The notes: generated by a model from the sequence alone, not told the origin. A stretch of DNA of 64,000 nucleotides from Minisyncoccota bacterium (GCA_028694995.1 JAQVJU010000001.1:15314-79313); one strand, 5' to 3'. Positions 19,955 to 30,749 are shown, numbered from the stretch's first letter. A program made the numbers and translations.

Positions 19955-20965
19955 TTAGCATTCTAATTCTGCAGTTAATTCTTCTTTTTTCCCTTGACGC
20001 CAATAGGAAATTTTTACCTTATCCCCAGCTTTAGAATTAACAAATGATTGAGCTAGGTTAAATTTTTTATCTACCTTTTTCCCATTGATTTCTAATATAA
20101 TATCTCCTTCTTTTAATCCTATTTTTTCAGCCAAACCGCCTGAAATAATCCCTCCATAACCAGGAATGCTTTCATATACAATAAAGGCGCCATAATCAAA
20201 AGGTAAACAATGTAATTCTTTCATTTCTTCATCAACTAAGAAATATCTCACCCCTAGACTAGGACGACATATTTTTCCGTATTTTTTAATATCTTTCAAA
20301 ATATTCTTCGCTTCATTTATTGGAATAGCAAACCCTATATTCTCAACCCCTAAGATAACTGCTGCACAAATACCAATAACTTTTCCATTGAGGTCAATTA
20401 AAGGACCGCCTGAATTACCAGGATTGATAGCGGCATCTGTTTGAATTAATCCTGAAAATTCCTGAACCTTTTCCTCGCCTTCTGTTTTGATTTGCCGAGA
20501 CAATCCAGAAACAATCCCTCGGGAAACAGTATCTTGAAATTCTCCTAGGACATTACCAATAGCAATTACTGTTTGCCCTAAAAGTAATTTAGAAGAATCA
20601 CCTAATTTTAAATGAGGGAACTTCTTTTTTGGAGAATCTATCTTTAATATAGCAATATCAGTTATCTTATCTCGAGCTAATATCTTACAAGGATAAGTTT
20701 TATTCTGCCAAATAACTGTATAAGAAGCTTCTTCATCTTCTACAATATGACGATTAGTAAGAATGTATCCATCTGCTGTTATAAAAAAACCAGAACAGCC
20801 TCCAATATTTACCATTCCTTTTTCATCTTGAACTAATCCTTGGGTTAACTCAGCTCCCATTTCTTCTGTGACTTTTGAAAATTCCTTGGAAACTAAAACC
20901 GCAACGATTGAAGGCGTTGATTTCTTAACTACTTGGATAATTTTCTTTGATTCAGAAAAAAACAT
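19955..20965 (-). CDS. HtrA/DegP-like serine protease with a PDZ domain (start corrected)
   Basis: 'ILTNRHIV', 'DIAILKI', 'QTDAAINPGNSGGPL', C-terminal PDZ. Confidence 0.93.
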   Translation of the reverse strand: MFFSESKKIIQVVKKSTPSIVAVLVSKEFSKVTEEMGAELTQGLVQDEKGMVNIGGCSGFFITADGYILTNRHIVEDEEASYTVIWQNKTYPCKILARDKITDIAILKIDSPKKKFPHLKLGDSSKLLLGQTVIAIGNVLGEFQDTVSRGIVSGLSRQIKTEGEEKVQEFSGLIQTDAAINPGNSGGPLIDLNGKVIGICAAVILGVENIGFAIPINEAKNILKDIKKYGKICRPSLGVRYFLVDEEMKELHCLPFDYGAFIVYESIPGYGGIISGGLAEKIGLKEGDIILEINGKKVDKKFNLAQSFVNSKAGDKVKISYWRQGKKEELTAELEC

Positions 20966-20975
20966 TATTTTCCAG

Positions 20976-21058
20976 TGCGCGGGAGAGGAGTCGAACCTCC
21001 ACGTCCTTACGGACACATCCACCTCAAGGATGCGTGTCTGCCATTTCACCACCCGCGC
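20976..21058 (-). tRNA. tRNA-Leu(GAG), no CCA
   Basis: Reverse complement anticodon arm CATCC-TTGAGGT-GGATG; long variable arm. Confidence 0.93.
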
Positions 21059-21067
21059 TTGAAAAAC

Positions 21068-21424
21068 TTACTTAGCTCTTTCTTTAAGTTTAGCACGAAT
21101 TTCTTTTTGAGATTTATCTCTAAGAAAATACATCTTAGCTCTGCGTACTCGGGCCGCGCTTATTAATTCAACTTTTTTAATATGAGGTGAAGCAATTGGA
21201 ATAACCCATTCCACTCCTACCTCACTAGCTGTTCTCCTAATAGTAATAGTGGCTCCAGCTTCTTTACCATGTTTGCGAGCAATAACCAAACCCTCTATTT
21301 GTTGGGTTTTTTCTTTATCACTATCTTTTGTTTTTTTTGATTTTGCTTTATCTAAACTTGGAACTTTTTGGAAAATCCTTACTGTCATTCCAGGTTTTAC
21401 TTCTTCTATCTTTATATTTGTCAT
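21068..21424 (-). CDS. rplS: 50S ribosomal protein L19
   Basis: 'PGMTVRI', 'EGLVIAR', 'VGVEW..P..SP', 'RVRRAKMYFLR'. Confidence 0.94.
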   Translation of the reverse strand: MTNIKIEEVKPGMTVRIFQKVPSLDKAKSKKTKDSDKEKTQQIEGLVIARKHGKEAGATITIRRTASEVGVEWVIPIASPHIKKVELISAARVRRAKMYFLRDKSQKEIRAKLKERAK

Positions 21425-21484
21425 TTTAATAATTTAAAAGTATCTGTAATACCTTAGCATAAATAGGGGCCTTTAAGCAACTCT

Positions 21485-22441
21485 TTAAGAGGTTTTACTT
21501 AATTGATTTAAAAACTCTTTTAATTCCTGAGGCAAAGATGCTTTAATCACAAGTTTCTCTCCAGTAAGGGAAATGAAAGAAACTTCTTGAGCATGAAGAA
21601 AATGATAAGATAGATTTAAGTTATCAGATTTCTTAAATTTTCCATAAAGCTTATCACCAACAACAGGAAAACCAATACTTGCCAAATGAACCCTAATTTG
21701 ATGAGTTCTACCAGTTTCTGGAATGATTTCTAAAAGAGTAAACCCCTTGAATCTTTCTAAAACCTGATATTTGGTAAGTGCTGTCTTAGCTTTTGTCTCT
21801 TCTGTCTTTTTTACAATTATCTTTTGTTTTACAGTTGATTTTTTAGAACGAGTTAAAGGAAAATCTATCTCCCCTTTTGATTGCTTTAATTCACCCTTAA
21901 CTAAAGCAATGTATCTTTTCTTAACTTTTCTCTGTTTTAAAAGGTTTTTTAAATAAAAAAAAGAATTATTGTTTTTAGCAATAATTAAAACCCCAGAAGT
22001 GTCTTTATCTAAACGATGAACAATGCCAGGCCTTAACTTATCTTCACCTACTTGAGAGATAAAAGGATATTTGTCTATTAACCAACTAACTATGGAAGGA
22101 GAATTAAGATTATCCAGAGAAGCATGAGTTAAAACTCCTGCTGGTTTATCTATCACTAATAAATCATTGTTTTCATACAAGATTTTTGGTTCTAAGTTCA
22201 AGGACAATGGTTTTAAAACAGGTGTTTCTTTGCTTTTTTGAATAACAGAATCATCTAAATAAATTTCCTCTTCTCCTTTTAATAAAAGACTAGGTTTAAT
22301 TTTTTCTTTGTTTTTAATTTTAATTTTCCCTTGCTTAATTAAAAAAACAATTTTCTCTCTAGAAATATCTTTGATTACTTCTTTTAAGTATTTATCCAAG
22401 CGCACAGGCTTAGGAATTTGTTCTACAATGATTTTTCTCAT
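21485..22441 (-). CDS. RluA/RluD family pseudouridine synthase with an S4 domain
   Basis: 'RLDKYL', 'IDKPAG', 'HRLDKDTSG', 'TGRTHQIRVH'. Confidence 0.94.
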   Translation of the reverse strand: MRKIIVEQIPKPVRLDKYLKEVIKDISREKIVFLIKQGKIKIKNKEKIKPSLLLKGEEEIYLDDSVIQKSKETPVLKPLSLNLEPKILYENNDLLVIDKPAGVLTHASLDNLNSPSIVSWLIDKYPFISQVGEDKLRPGIVHRLDKDTSGVLIIAKNNNSFFYLKNLLKQRKVKKRYIALVKGELKQSKGEIDFPLTRSKKSTVKQKIIVKKTEETKAKTALTKYQVLERFKGFTLLEIIPETGRTHQIRVHLASIGFPVVGDKLYGKFKKSDNLNLSYHFLHAQEVSFISLTGEKLVIKASLPQELKEFLNQLSKTS

Positions 22442-22456
22442 ACAAACCTGTTATTT

Positions 22457-22485
22457 AAATTAACGACAAACTATGTCGTTAATTT
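22457..22485 (-). terminator. Hairpin downstream of tRNA-Val
   Basis: AAATTAACGACA-AACTA-TGTCGTTAATTT. Confidence 0.5.
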
Positions 22486-22504
22486 CCAATCCTTAATCTT
22501 AGAG

Positions 22505-22578
22505 TGGGCGGTAGAGGACTCGAACCCCTGACCTCATACACGTCAAGTACGCGCTCTAACCAACTGAGCTAACCGCCC
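22505..22578 (-). tRNA. tRNA-Val(GAC), no CCA
   Basis: Reverse complement anticodon arm CGTAC-TTGACGT-GTATG. Confidence 0.93.
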
Positions 22579-22579
22579 A

Positions 22580-22655
22580 TGGTGGGCGTAGATGGAATTG
22601 AACCATCGGCCTCCACTTTATAAGAGTGGCGCTCTAACCACTGAGCTATACGCCC
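22580..22655 (-). tRNA. tRNA-Ile(TAT), CCA encoded
   Basis: Reverse complement anticodon arm CCACT-CTTATAA-AGTGG; acceptor GGGCGTA/TACGCCC; A73. Confidence 0.92.
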
Positions 22656-22660
22656 TTTTG

Positions 22661-24469
22661 CTATTTTATGAGCTCTTCAAATTCTTCCTTTTCTAAAGTT
22701 TCTTTTTTTATTAATTCTTGAGTCACTAATTCTAATTTATTAATATTTTTTTGCAATAATTTTTTAGTTTTTTGATAGCATTTATTTACAATATCAAAAA
22801 CTTCTTTATCTATTTTCGCTGCTGTTTCTTCTGAATAATTTTTTTCTGTAGCTATTTCCCGACCTAAAAAGATAAGTTCTTCTGTTTCATCAAAAGAAAT
22901 TGGGCCAAGCTTCTTACTCATTCCATATTTAGTCACTAAGCTCCTAGCAATGTCAGTTGCTTCTTTTAAATCATTAGCAGCGCCTGTAGAAACATCTTTA
23001 AATTTGATTTCTTCTGCCACATAACCTCCTAAAAGAGCGCAAAGATCATCTAAGAACTCTGAATGGGTTTTCATGTACTTTTCTTCTGTGGGCATTCTCA
23101 TTGTATAACCCGCCGCTCTGCCGCGCGCAATAATAGAAATCTTTCTGACTAAAGCAGTACCTGGAAGTAAGGCTGTGATTAAAGCATGCCCTGCTTCATG
23201 GTAAGCGGTAATTTCTTTTTCTTTTTTTGTCAAAAGACGACTTTTTCTTTCTGGACCTAAGATGACCTTTTCTATTGAATCTAATAATTCTTGCTGGCTA
23301 ATATTTTTTTTATTCCTTCGTGCTGCTAAAATTGCCGCTTCATTAACTAAGTTTGCTAAATCAGCACCAGAAAAACCAGGTGTTCTTTCAGCTATTTCCC
23401 TTAAATCTACAACAGGGTCTAATGTTTTACCTCGACTATGAATTTTCAATATTTCTTCCCGGTCATTAATGCTTGGCATATCTAAAATCACTCGCCTATC
23501 AAAACGACCTGGCCTTAATAAAGCTGGGTCTAAAACATCTGGTCTATTAGTTGCTGCAATAACAATTATCTTTGTATCTCTATCAAAACCATCCATTTCT
23601 ACTAAGATTTGGTTTAAAGTCTGTTCCCTTTCATCATGTCCACCACCCACTCCAGCGCCTCTGATTCTTCCAATAGCATCTATTTCATCAATGAACAAAA
23701 TAGAAGGAGCTGATTTTTTAGCTGTGGCAAATGTATCTCTAACACGACTGGCGCCAACCCCAACAAACATTTCCACGAATTCAGAGCCAGAAATATGGAA
23801 AAAAGGAACTCTGGCTTCACCAGCCACAGCCCTGGCTAATAAAGTTTTCCCTGAACCTGGCGGCCCCATTAAAAGAACTCCTCTAGGAATTTTAGCGCCT
23901 AAGTCATAAAACTTCTTAGGGGTTTTTAAAAACTCAACCACTTCTTTTAATTCTTCTTTTGCTTCTTTTAAGCCAGCCACATCTTTAAAGGTAATGCCAT
24001 CTTTACTTGGAGCAAATAACCTAATATTTGAACGGGAAAAAGAGAAAATTTGCATTGCCCCTTGATTAGCTCGACGAAAAGAATAAAACAAAAGAACACC
24101 TAAGATAATAACTGGTAATAAAATTGGCAAAATCACTGATAAGAAAAACGTCAAACTACTTTCTCCTTTAACTTCAATATTAAGAGCTGATATTTCTTCT
24201 GGTAAAAAACCAAAATTCTGAAGAGTTTCAGAAAAAGATACATTGGGCTCTCTTTCAGCAACAAAGGTTTTTTCTTCATTAAGAACAATTTCAAATTTAT
24301 TTGGATAAAGGACTACTTCCATTGGTTGCTCTTCTTTTAAAACCTGGATTGCTTCTGAAAGGCTGATTTTTTCTGGAGTAATAACAAGACCGCTCATTGC
24401 GGAAAAGATAAGCGAAAGACTTAAAAAGATAAGAAGAATGAAAACAAAAGATTTTGCTAATTTATTCAT
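22661..24469 (-). CDS. ftsH: ATP-dependent zinc metalloprotease FtsH
   Basis: Two TM helices, Walker A 'GPPGSGKT', 'DEIDA', 'RPGRFDR', 'HEAGH'. Confidence 0.97.
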   Translation of the reverse strand: MNKLAKSFVFILLIFLSLSLIFSAMSGLVITPEKISLSEAIQVLKEEQPMEVVLYPNKFEIVLNEEKTFVAEREPNVSFSETLQNFGFLPEEISALNIEVKGESSLTFFLSVILPILLPVIILGVLLFYSFRRANQGAMQIFSFSRSNIRLFAPSKDGITFKDVAGLKEAKEELKEVVEFLKTPKKFYDLGAKIPRGVLLMGPPGSGKTLLARAVAGEARVPFFHISGSEFVEMFVGVGASRVRDTFATAKKSAPSILFIDEIDAIGRIRGAGVGGGHDEREQTLNQILVEMDGFDRDTKIIVIAATNRPDVLDPALLRPGRFDRRVILDMPSINDREEILKIHSRGKTLDPVVDLREIAERTPGFSGADLANLVNEAAILAARRNKKNISQQELLDSIEKVILGPERKSRLLTKKEKEITAYHEAGHALITALLPGTALVRKISIIARGRAAGYTMRMPTEEKYMKTHSEFLDDLCALLGGYVAEEIKFKDVSTGAANDLKEATDIARSLVTKYGMSKKLGPISFDETEELIFLGREIATEKNYSEETAAKIDKEVFDIVNKCYQKTKKLLQKNINKLELVTQELIKKETLEKEEFEELIK

Positions 24470-24508
24470 AGCAATACCATCTTAACTTAAATTAAACTTA
24501 AAAGCAAT

Positions 24509-25726
24509 TTACGGATAAATTGGTTCTGTAGCGCCTCCTAAATGAGAAACTGCGCTATTAGTTGATTCTAAAGATGAGGTTAAAACAAGATACTGGTCAA
24601 AAAAAGCATAACTAATAGCTACTTCTTCACCAGAGTATGCGAAATAACGAATCTCAGCTCCAGCATTGGTTGTTTCCTGGAATTCTTTAGAGTCTCTTTT
24701 CGTAGGCACACTAATCAAAAACAAACTTTGGAGGTCTTTTAAAATACCTAGATTCTTTTCCCAAGATAAAAAGACTGATTTTACTTCTTCTTTATTTTCT
24801 ACACCAATATCAATAATCAAACCAAGCGAAGGATTGACTTCTCCATAATAAGTATAAATTAAGTATTTGCGAGCTAAGAGATAAGGATGTAATCTAGCTG
24901 GCAATTCAGGAACCAAGGAAAGAATAACCTCTTCATTTGTTAAGGGATCATTGTGAGTTTTAGGAATAAGAACTTTAAAAGTATTTGGTGAAGCTATCTC
25001 AGAAAGAGCGATCTCATGTATGGCTTCCTTTACTATATCACCAGAGATGCTTACATTTACAATGGATTTTTGAAAAGGACCACTAATTTGAGGATAAGGC
25101 GAATAAGCTATTGTTGTGGTTGTCGTTGTTGGCTCTTCTAATTCCACAGGTAAAACTTCTTTTTCTTTTCTTAACATGGGCCATAAGAAGAAATAGCCTA
25201 ATAAAATAGCACCAATAACTAAAATCCCAATTATTAATAAAGGAACTAGATTGCTTTTTTTAGGAGCTGAAACTGGACCTTCTGGCATTTCTTGAAATCC
25301 AGCGCCAGGTATATCTGGAGAAAAAGAAGGTGGTGCTATATCTGGCTCTATGCCTGGCATAGTGCCCCCTTCAGCTTTAATTCTTTCCAAATCTGATTCT
25401 GAGGTTCTAATAAAGACATTTGAAGGAGGTGGCGTAAACTTTGGTTCTGGCTCTTTAGCAAGGGATTCTTCTAAAGAGGCTGGCTGTTGTTGCCCTAAAG
25501 GCTCTGAAGGCATCTGACCAAATGGCTGTTCTGTGGCTGCAAATTGATTTGGTGTTTGTTGCTGAAATGAATCTGTTTGTCCTCCTGCTAAAGGTTCATA
25601 AGGTTGTTGAGGAAATTGACTTGCCCCTGAATCAGGACTTGTTTGTAAGTTAGGAATTCCTTCATCCTCTTTTTTAGGATAATTTTGAGGATAATTATTT
25701 TGATTAAGATTAAAATCTTCAGGCAT
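24509..25726 (-). CDS. Hypothetical bitopic membrane protein with a P/Q/E-rich disordered N-terminus
   Basis: 405-aa ORF with a single central TM and a Thr-rich linker. Confidence 0.8.
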   Translation of the reverse strand: MPEDFNLNQNNYPQNYPKKEDEGIPNLQTSPDSGASQFPQQPYEPLAGGQTDSFQQQTPNQFAATEQPFGQMPSEPLGQQQPASLEESLAKEPEPKFTPPPSNVFIRTSESDLERIKAEGGTMPGIEPDIAPPSFSPDIPGAGFQEMPEGPVSAPKKSNLVPLLIIGILVIGAILLGYFFLWPMLRKEKEVLPVELEEPTTTTTTIAYSPYPQISGPFQKSIVNVSISGDIVKEAIHEIALSEIASPNTFKVLIPKTHNDPLTNEEVILSLVPELPARLHPYLLARKYLIYTYYGEVNPSLGLIIDIGVENKEEVKSVFLSWEKNLGILKDLQSLFLISVPTKRDSKEFQETTNAGAEIRYFAYSGEEVAISYAFFDQYLVLTSSLESTNSAVSHLGGATEPIYP

Positions 25727-25803
25727 GTTTTTAAATTATTTAAAATTTTATCAGTGAGTTTTCACCTATATTTATTATAATATTATGAAAAAGAAAGTCA
25801 ACC

Positions 25804-27939
25804 TTAATTGGGTCTTTTCTTTTTATTCTTATCTTCTTCTGAATAACGAATGTCTTTTAAAGAAAGAGATATTTTTCCATTAGGCTCAACCTTCTTTATT
25901 TTCAGATCTAGCTCTTCATCTTGATGAACTATATCCTCTACTTTATTAACATGCCAGGGCGCTAATTCAGAAATATGAAGCAATCCTTCTTTAGTGCCTC
26001 CTAAATCTATAATCGCCCCAAAGTCTTTAATTTGAATGACTTTGCCTTTTACTACTTCTCCAGCAGTAAATTCTTTAGTAACCTCTTTAATATCTTTAAT
26101 AGCTGCCTCAGCTTTTTGTTCATCAGGAGCTGTGACAAAAACTGTTCCATCATCTTCAATATCAATGGAAACATCATTGTCTTCAATTATTTTATTAATT
26201 ACCTTACCACCAGGCCCAATAAGACAACCAATTAATTCTTTTTTAATTTTTAAAGTAAATATTCTTGGGGCAAAAGGAGAAAGATTTTTTCTTGGCTCAG
26301 AAATCACTTGGTTCATTTTTTCCAAGATAAATTCCCTTGCTTTTTTAGCTTTATCTAAAATATCTGCAATAATATCCTCGGTTAATCCTTTTATCTTAAC
26401 ATCCATTTGTAAAGCAGTAATTCCATTTTTAGTACCAGCGGCTTTAAAATCCATATCCCCATAATGGTCTTCAGGACCTTGAATATCAGTCAAGATTTTA
26501 TACTTTCCTTTTTCATCTATCATCAATCCCATGGCAATACCAGAAACATGTTCTTTAATTGGAACACCACTAGCCATTAAAGCCAGAGAAGAAGCACAAG
26601 TGGCAGCCATTGAGGTTGAGCCATTAGAAGATAAAATCTCAGAAACTACCCTTACTGTATAAGGAAATTCTTCTTGTATAGGAATTATAGGAAAAAGAGC
26701 TCTTTCTCCTAAAGCGCCATGACCAATTTCTCTTCGCCCAGGGCCGCGCAAAGGACCAATCTCTCCAACTGAATATGAAGGAAAATTATAATGATGCAAA
26801 AATCTTTTTTCACCAGTTACTTCCATCCCTTGCATAAGCAAAACATCACCTGGAGAACCCAAGGTCACCACTGATAAGACATGAGTTTCACCTCTCATAA
26901 ATAAGGCTGAACCATGAGGTCGAGGTAAAATATCAATTGCCATTTCCAAAGGCCTAATTTCATCTAATTTTCTTAAATCAGGTCTTTTTTTATTTTCTAA
27001 AATATTCTGATGAATAATCTTATTTATCTGTTCATCAAAAATTGAATTTAAATCATTTAAAGATTCTAATGAAAAATCTTTAGCTTCTAAATGTTCAATT
27101 AATTCTGTTTTTAATAAATCAAGCTGAGTATTTCTTTCAGTTTTATCTTTAAGATAAAGAACAGTTTCTAATTTATTTTTTGCAAAACTTTCAATTTCTT
27201 TTTCTAATTCTAAATCCCATTCTTTTATCATTACCTCTTTCTTGGTCACTCCTACTTCATTTATAATCTTTTCTAATTGTTTATTTAAATTTGTGATTTC
27301 TTCCTGGGCTATCTTCATTGCCTGTTTGACAATATCTTCAGGCACTTCATCTGCCTCTGCTTCTAACATATTAATCAAATTATCTGGTCCAGATACAGTA
27401 ATATTAAAATCAGATTTTTCTCTTTCTTCATATTCGGCATTTATTATAAAGCCATTTTCTTTTGACCAACTTATTCTAGTAGCAGCTACTGGTCCTTGCC
27501 AGGGAATATTAGAAACACCCAGGGCCAAGGAAGCAGCAATGATACCCAAAATATCAGGATCATTTTTTTCATCAATAGAAAGACAAGTTACCACTACCTG
27601 TACCTCTCTTCTCATTTGTTGAGAAAAAAGGGGTCTAATAGTTCTATCTATTAAACGGCCATTTAAGATAGCTATTTCAGAAGGTCGTGATTCTCTTCTA
27701 ACAAAACGACTACCATAAATTTTACCCACTGCATAATATTTTTCTTCATAATCAACCATTAAAGGGAAAAAACCTAAATCTGCCTTATCTTCAGTTCCCA
27801 TTACTGCTGAAGCTAAAACAATAGTTTCACCCATTTTTACCATAACCGAACCATTGGCCTGTTCAACCAAATTAGAAAATTCAATATTTATTGTTTTATC
27901 TCCTGCTTTTACAGAAAACTGTTTTTTAATTATTGCCAT
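25804..27939 (-). CDS. pnp: Polyribonucleotide nucleotidyltransferase (PNPase)
   Basis: 'RLIDRTIRPLF', 'RREIGHG', 'SNGSTSMA', 'GDMDFK', KH and S1 domains. Confidence 0.97.
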   Translation of the reverse strand: MAIIKKQFSVKAGDKTINIEFSNLVEQANGSVMVKMGETIVLASAVMGTEDKADLGFFPLMVDYEEKYYAVGKIYGSRFVRRESRPSEIAILNGRLIDRTIRPLFSQQMRREVQVVVTCLSIDEKNDPDILGIIAASLALGVSNIPWQGPVAATRISWSKENGFIINAEYEEREKSDFNITVSGPDNLINMLEAEADEVPEDIVKQAMKIAQEEITNLNKQLEKIINEVGVTKKEVMIKEWDLELEKEIESFAKNKLETVLYLKDKTERNTQLDLLKTELIEHLEAKDFSLESLNDLNSIFDEQINKIIHQNILENKKRPDLRKLDEIRPLEMAIDILPRPHGSALFMRGETHVLSVVTLGSPGDVLLMQGMEVTGEKRFLHHYNFPSYSVGEIGPLRGPGRREIGHGALGERALFPIIPIQEEFPYTVRVVSEILSSNGSTSMAATCASSLALMASGVPIKEHVSGIAMGLMIDEKGKYKILTDIQGPEDHYGDMDFKAAGTKNGITALQMDVKIKGLTEDIIADILDKAKKAREFILEKMNQVISEPRKNLSPFAPRIFTLKIKKELIGCLIGPGGKVINKIIEDNDVSIDIEDDGTVFVTAPDEQKAEAAIKDIKEVTKEFTAGEVVKGKVIQIKDFGAIIDLGGTKEGLLHISELAPWHVNKVEDIVHQDEELDLKIKKVEPNGKISLSLKDIRYSEEDKNKKKRPN

Positions 27940-27962
27940 ATATCTTGAAAATCTTTATTCAA

Positions 27963-28529
27963 TTATTTACTTTTTAATGTTGTTTTAATAATTTTTGGTA
28001 TTTTCTTATAAAAACCTTCTTTTTTAGAAGGGGCTAAAAGAAAATAATCTGATTTTGAATCTAAATCTAAATATTCATCAACAATTTCTTTTAAATGAAA
28101 TGAGGTTGTCTTACCAAAAGCCATAACCTCAACATACTTACCTAAGGCTCGTAAATATTCTACTAGAGGAATAAAATCACCATCACCAGTTATTAAAACA
28201 AAAGCATCCACATTAGAAGCCAATCTGACAGCATCAATGGCAAGGCCCACATCCCAATCTCCTTTTTTTGTCCCATCAGGATAAACCTGAAGATCTTTGA
28301 CTCTTACTTCTATACCTGATTTTTCTAAAGCATCAAAAAAAGAAGCCTCACCTGGCTCATCTGCTTTTGCCACATAGGCAATTGCTCTGATTAATTGACG
28401 ACCAGCTACAGCTTCTAAAAGAAGATTTTTAAAATTTACTCGCGCCCCATAAAGATTTTTTGCAGAATGATAAAGATTTTGCACATCAATCAAAACCACT
28501 ACTCGTTGATTTTTATTCCTAATTGTCAT
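27963..28529 (-). CDS. NYN domain (LabA/DUF88, PIN-like) protein
   Basis: 'IDVQNL', 'KGDWDVGLAID', 'TGDGDF'. Confidence 0.92.
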   Translation of the reverse strand: MTIRNKNQRVVVLIDVQNLYHSAKNLYGARVNFKNLLLEAVAGRQLIRAIAYVAKADEPGEASFFDALEKSGIEVRVKDLQVYPDGTKKGDWDVGLAIDAVRLASNVDAFVLITGDGDFIPLVEYLRALGKYVEVMAFGKTTSFHLKEIVDEYLDLDSKSDYFLLAPSKKEGFYKKIPKIIKTTLKSK

Positions 28530-28566
28530 AAAAAATATTTTTAAAATTACTACTAAGCAGCATTTA

Positions 28567-28827
28567 TTATAGCTCTAACTTTTTTACAACTTTATTATAA
28601 CGACGAACTGAGGTTTTTTTTAAATAAGAAAGAAGCCTTCTTCTTTCAGAAATCATGCTTAAAAGACCTCTCCTTGAATGATAGTCTTTAGCATGTTCTT
28701 TTAAATGCTTGCTTAATAATTGTATTTTTTTTGTTAATAAAGCTATCTGCACTTCAGGAGAACCTGTATCTTTTTTATGAGTAGCAAATTCTTTAATAAC
28801 TTTTTCTTTTTGTTTTGTGTTTAGCAT
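28567..28827 (-). CDS. rpsO: 30S ribosomal protein S15
   Basis: 'DTGSPEVQIALLT', 'KDYHSRRGLL'. Confidence 0.97.
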   Translation of the reverse strand: MLNTKQKEKVIKEFATHKKDTGSPEVQIALLTKKIQLLSKHLKEHAKDYHSRRGLLSMISERRRLLSYLKKTSVRRYNKVVKKLEL

Positions 28828-28880
28828 ATCTCTGTATTTTTATATTATCACAATCCCTTAATAAAATCAATCTTGGACTT

Positions 28881-28906
28881 AAAAACCTCTCATTAAGAGG
28901 TTTTTT
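28881..28906. terminator. Intrinsic terminator hairpin
   Basis: AAAAACCTCT-CATTA-AGAGGTTTTTT. Confidence 0.65.
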
Positions 28907-29083
28907 GCAATTTAATTCATCTTTTTTTATTTTTAAGCCCAATTAGAAAGAATTATATATCTATATCTAAATTTTAAATACATTTTTAAAATAACTTCCA
29001 GAACAATTTTTCTGAGTTTATTTTTTTATATTCTATGTTTTATTATTATAAAATAATAAATTTTAAATCTGATTAATGAAATG

Positions 29084-29171
29084 CGGAGGGTGTGGGATTC
29101 GAACCCACGGGTCGCTTTTAGACGACCACGGTTTAGCAAACCGCTGCTTTGGACCACTCAGCCAACCCTCC
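29084..29171 (-). tRNA. tRNA-Ser(GCT), no CCA
   Basis: Reverse complement anticodon arm GCGGT-TTGCTAA-ACCGT; long variable arm; G73. Confidence 0.94.
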
Positions 29172-29377
29172 TTAAGATATAATTTACATTAAGTTTATCT
29201 AAAAATAATTTAAAAAGCAACTTTTAAATTAAAAATAGGTTTTTAAAAATAAATTTATTATAAAAGTTGAAATTTGAACTTGGGTTTAAAAACTTGACAA
29301 ATAATTATAGTATGATAAAATAAAACCAGTTATCTCCCAAAAAGGGAGTTTTTTAATACGAAAAACTAATAGAAATC

Positions 29378-29911
29378 ATGAATAATAGTGATGAATCGTC
29401 TAAAATAGGCTTATTAGCTATTATCTTATTCTTTAGTCTAATAAGCTTCTGGCCAAGATTTTTAGTTGAAGGTTCTCCTTTTATGACTATTCAACAAAGC
29501 ATAAATGAACCAATCCAACAAGATCTTGAAACAAACAATCTTGCAAAAGAAGAAATTGATCCTTATTACATCTCTAATAATACTTTCTTCTCTCCAATTA
29601 ATACTCCGGTATTAATTCAAGTTAAAAAAGTATATGCTACAGCCTATTCTTCAACTCCAGACCAAACAGATGGTGATCCTTTTACCACTGCTTCTGGTGC
29701 TCATGTTTATGATGGGGTTTTAGCTGCTAATTTCTTATCTTTTAATACCAAGGTAAGAATTCCAGAAGTCTTTGGTGATAAGATATTCATTGTTGAAGAT
29801 AGAATGAATTCACGATTTGGAGATAATAGGATTGATATCTGGTTTCCAGATAGAACTTCAGCTCAAGAATTCGGAATCCAGGAAACTACAATTGAGATTT
29901 TAAATTATTAA
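29378..29911 (+). CDS. 3D-domain (double-psi beta barrel) cell-wall protein
   Basis: 'ATAYSS..QTD..PF.TASG', 'VEDR', 'RIDIWF...A..FG'; N-terminal TM. Confidence 0.88.
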   Translation: MNNSDESSKIGLLAIILFFSLISFWPRFLVEGSPFMTIQQSINEPIQQDLETNNLAKEEIDPYYISNNTFFSPINTPVLIQVKKVYATAYSSTPDQTDGDPFTTASGAHVYDGVLAANFLSFNTKVRIPEVFGDKIFIVEDRMNSRFGDNRIDIWFPDRTSAQEFGIQETTIEILNY

Positions 29912-29926
29912 TTAAATCAGGAAAAC

Positions 29927-29953
29927 AAAAACCCGGCTTTTGCCGGGTTTTTT
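29927..29953. terminator. Intrinsic terminator
   Basis: AAAAACCCGGC-TTTT-GCCGGGTTTTTT. Confidence 0.85.
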
Positions 29954-30092
29954 AGTGCAATATCCTTGAATTAGTCCGAACGCATTTCGCCGCCTGCGAC
30001 GGTGAGAAAATCCCCCAACGAAAAATCTGAGGGGCAGCAAAGTCACACCGCTGACAATTTTAAGTTTTTCTTAGGCGACAAATTCTTAAAAA

Positions 30093-30689
30093 TTATTCTT
30101 TTGAAAGATACTTGCTTTTCAAAAAATTTGTAAAATCTGCCATCTCTCTTTGATAAAGAGCAAGTTTTTGTTTTTTTTCTTCAGGAGTCAAAATAACTGT
30201 CATTTCCGCTCCAAAACTTTGAATACGAAAACCACCAAAGATTCCCATTCTACTGAAAGTAAGCCTGGCGTCAAATGGAATTTCTCGTCCTTTGTAAAAT
30301 TCTTCCAAAAATCCCATCATCTTTCGTTGCTGTTTAAAGTTTGTAATTCTCCATTCTTGCTCCAACTGTTCTTTCTTGTTACCCTTTGCCTTACTCCATC
30401 CCTCTGGCTCAGGCGAATATATATCAACCCATGGATATAGCAAACCATGTTGTTCTTCTCCCTCCTTGGTTATATGGCCCTCACAAGAGGCGTCCGTGGT
30501 AAATTCATGAACCAAAAAAGCAGCGACAGTTTCTTTGATTTTCTCATCAACTCCCTTGTCAAGGCGATCAGCTGTATGCTCAACTTCTGCTAATTTTTGT
30601 TCCCACGCAATCTCTTTTTCAGATTTAACAAGCTCTCCCTGTCCTTGCTCAGGAGGTTCGGGATTAAAATTTGATCGTTCTAGATACAT
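30093..30689 (-). CDS. Hypothetical protein (accessory, downstream of tRNA-Leu)
   Basis: 198-aa ORF with a 'GVD..IKETV.....T.ASCEGH' motif; higher GC than the flanks. Confidence 0.8.
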   Translation of the reverse strand: MYLERSNFNPEPPEQGQGELVKSEKEIAWEQKLAEVEHTADRLDKGVDEKIKETVAAFLVHEFTTDASCEGHITKEGEEQHGLLYPWVDIYSPEPEGWSKAKGNKKEQLEQEWRITNFKQQRKMMGFLEEFYKGREIPFDARLTFSRMGIFGGFRIQSFGAEMTVILTPEEKKQKLALYQREMADFTNFLKSKYLSKE

Positions 30690-30749
30690 ATGATTAAAAA
30701 ATTTTCTTCCCTAAAAATTAAATATAGTTCGAGCCAATGTTTTTCTACG

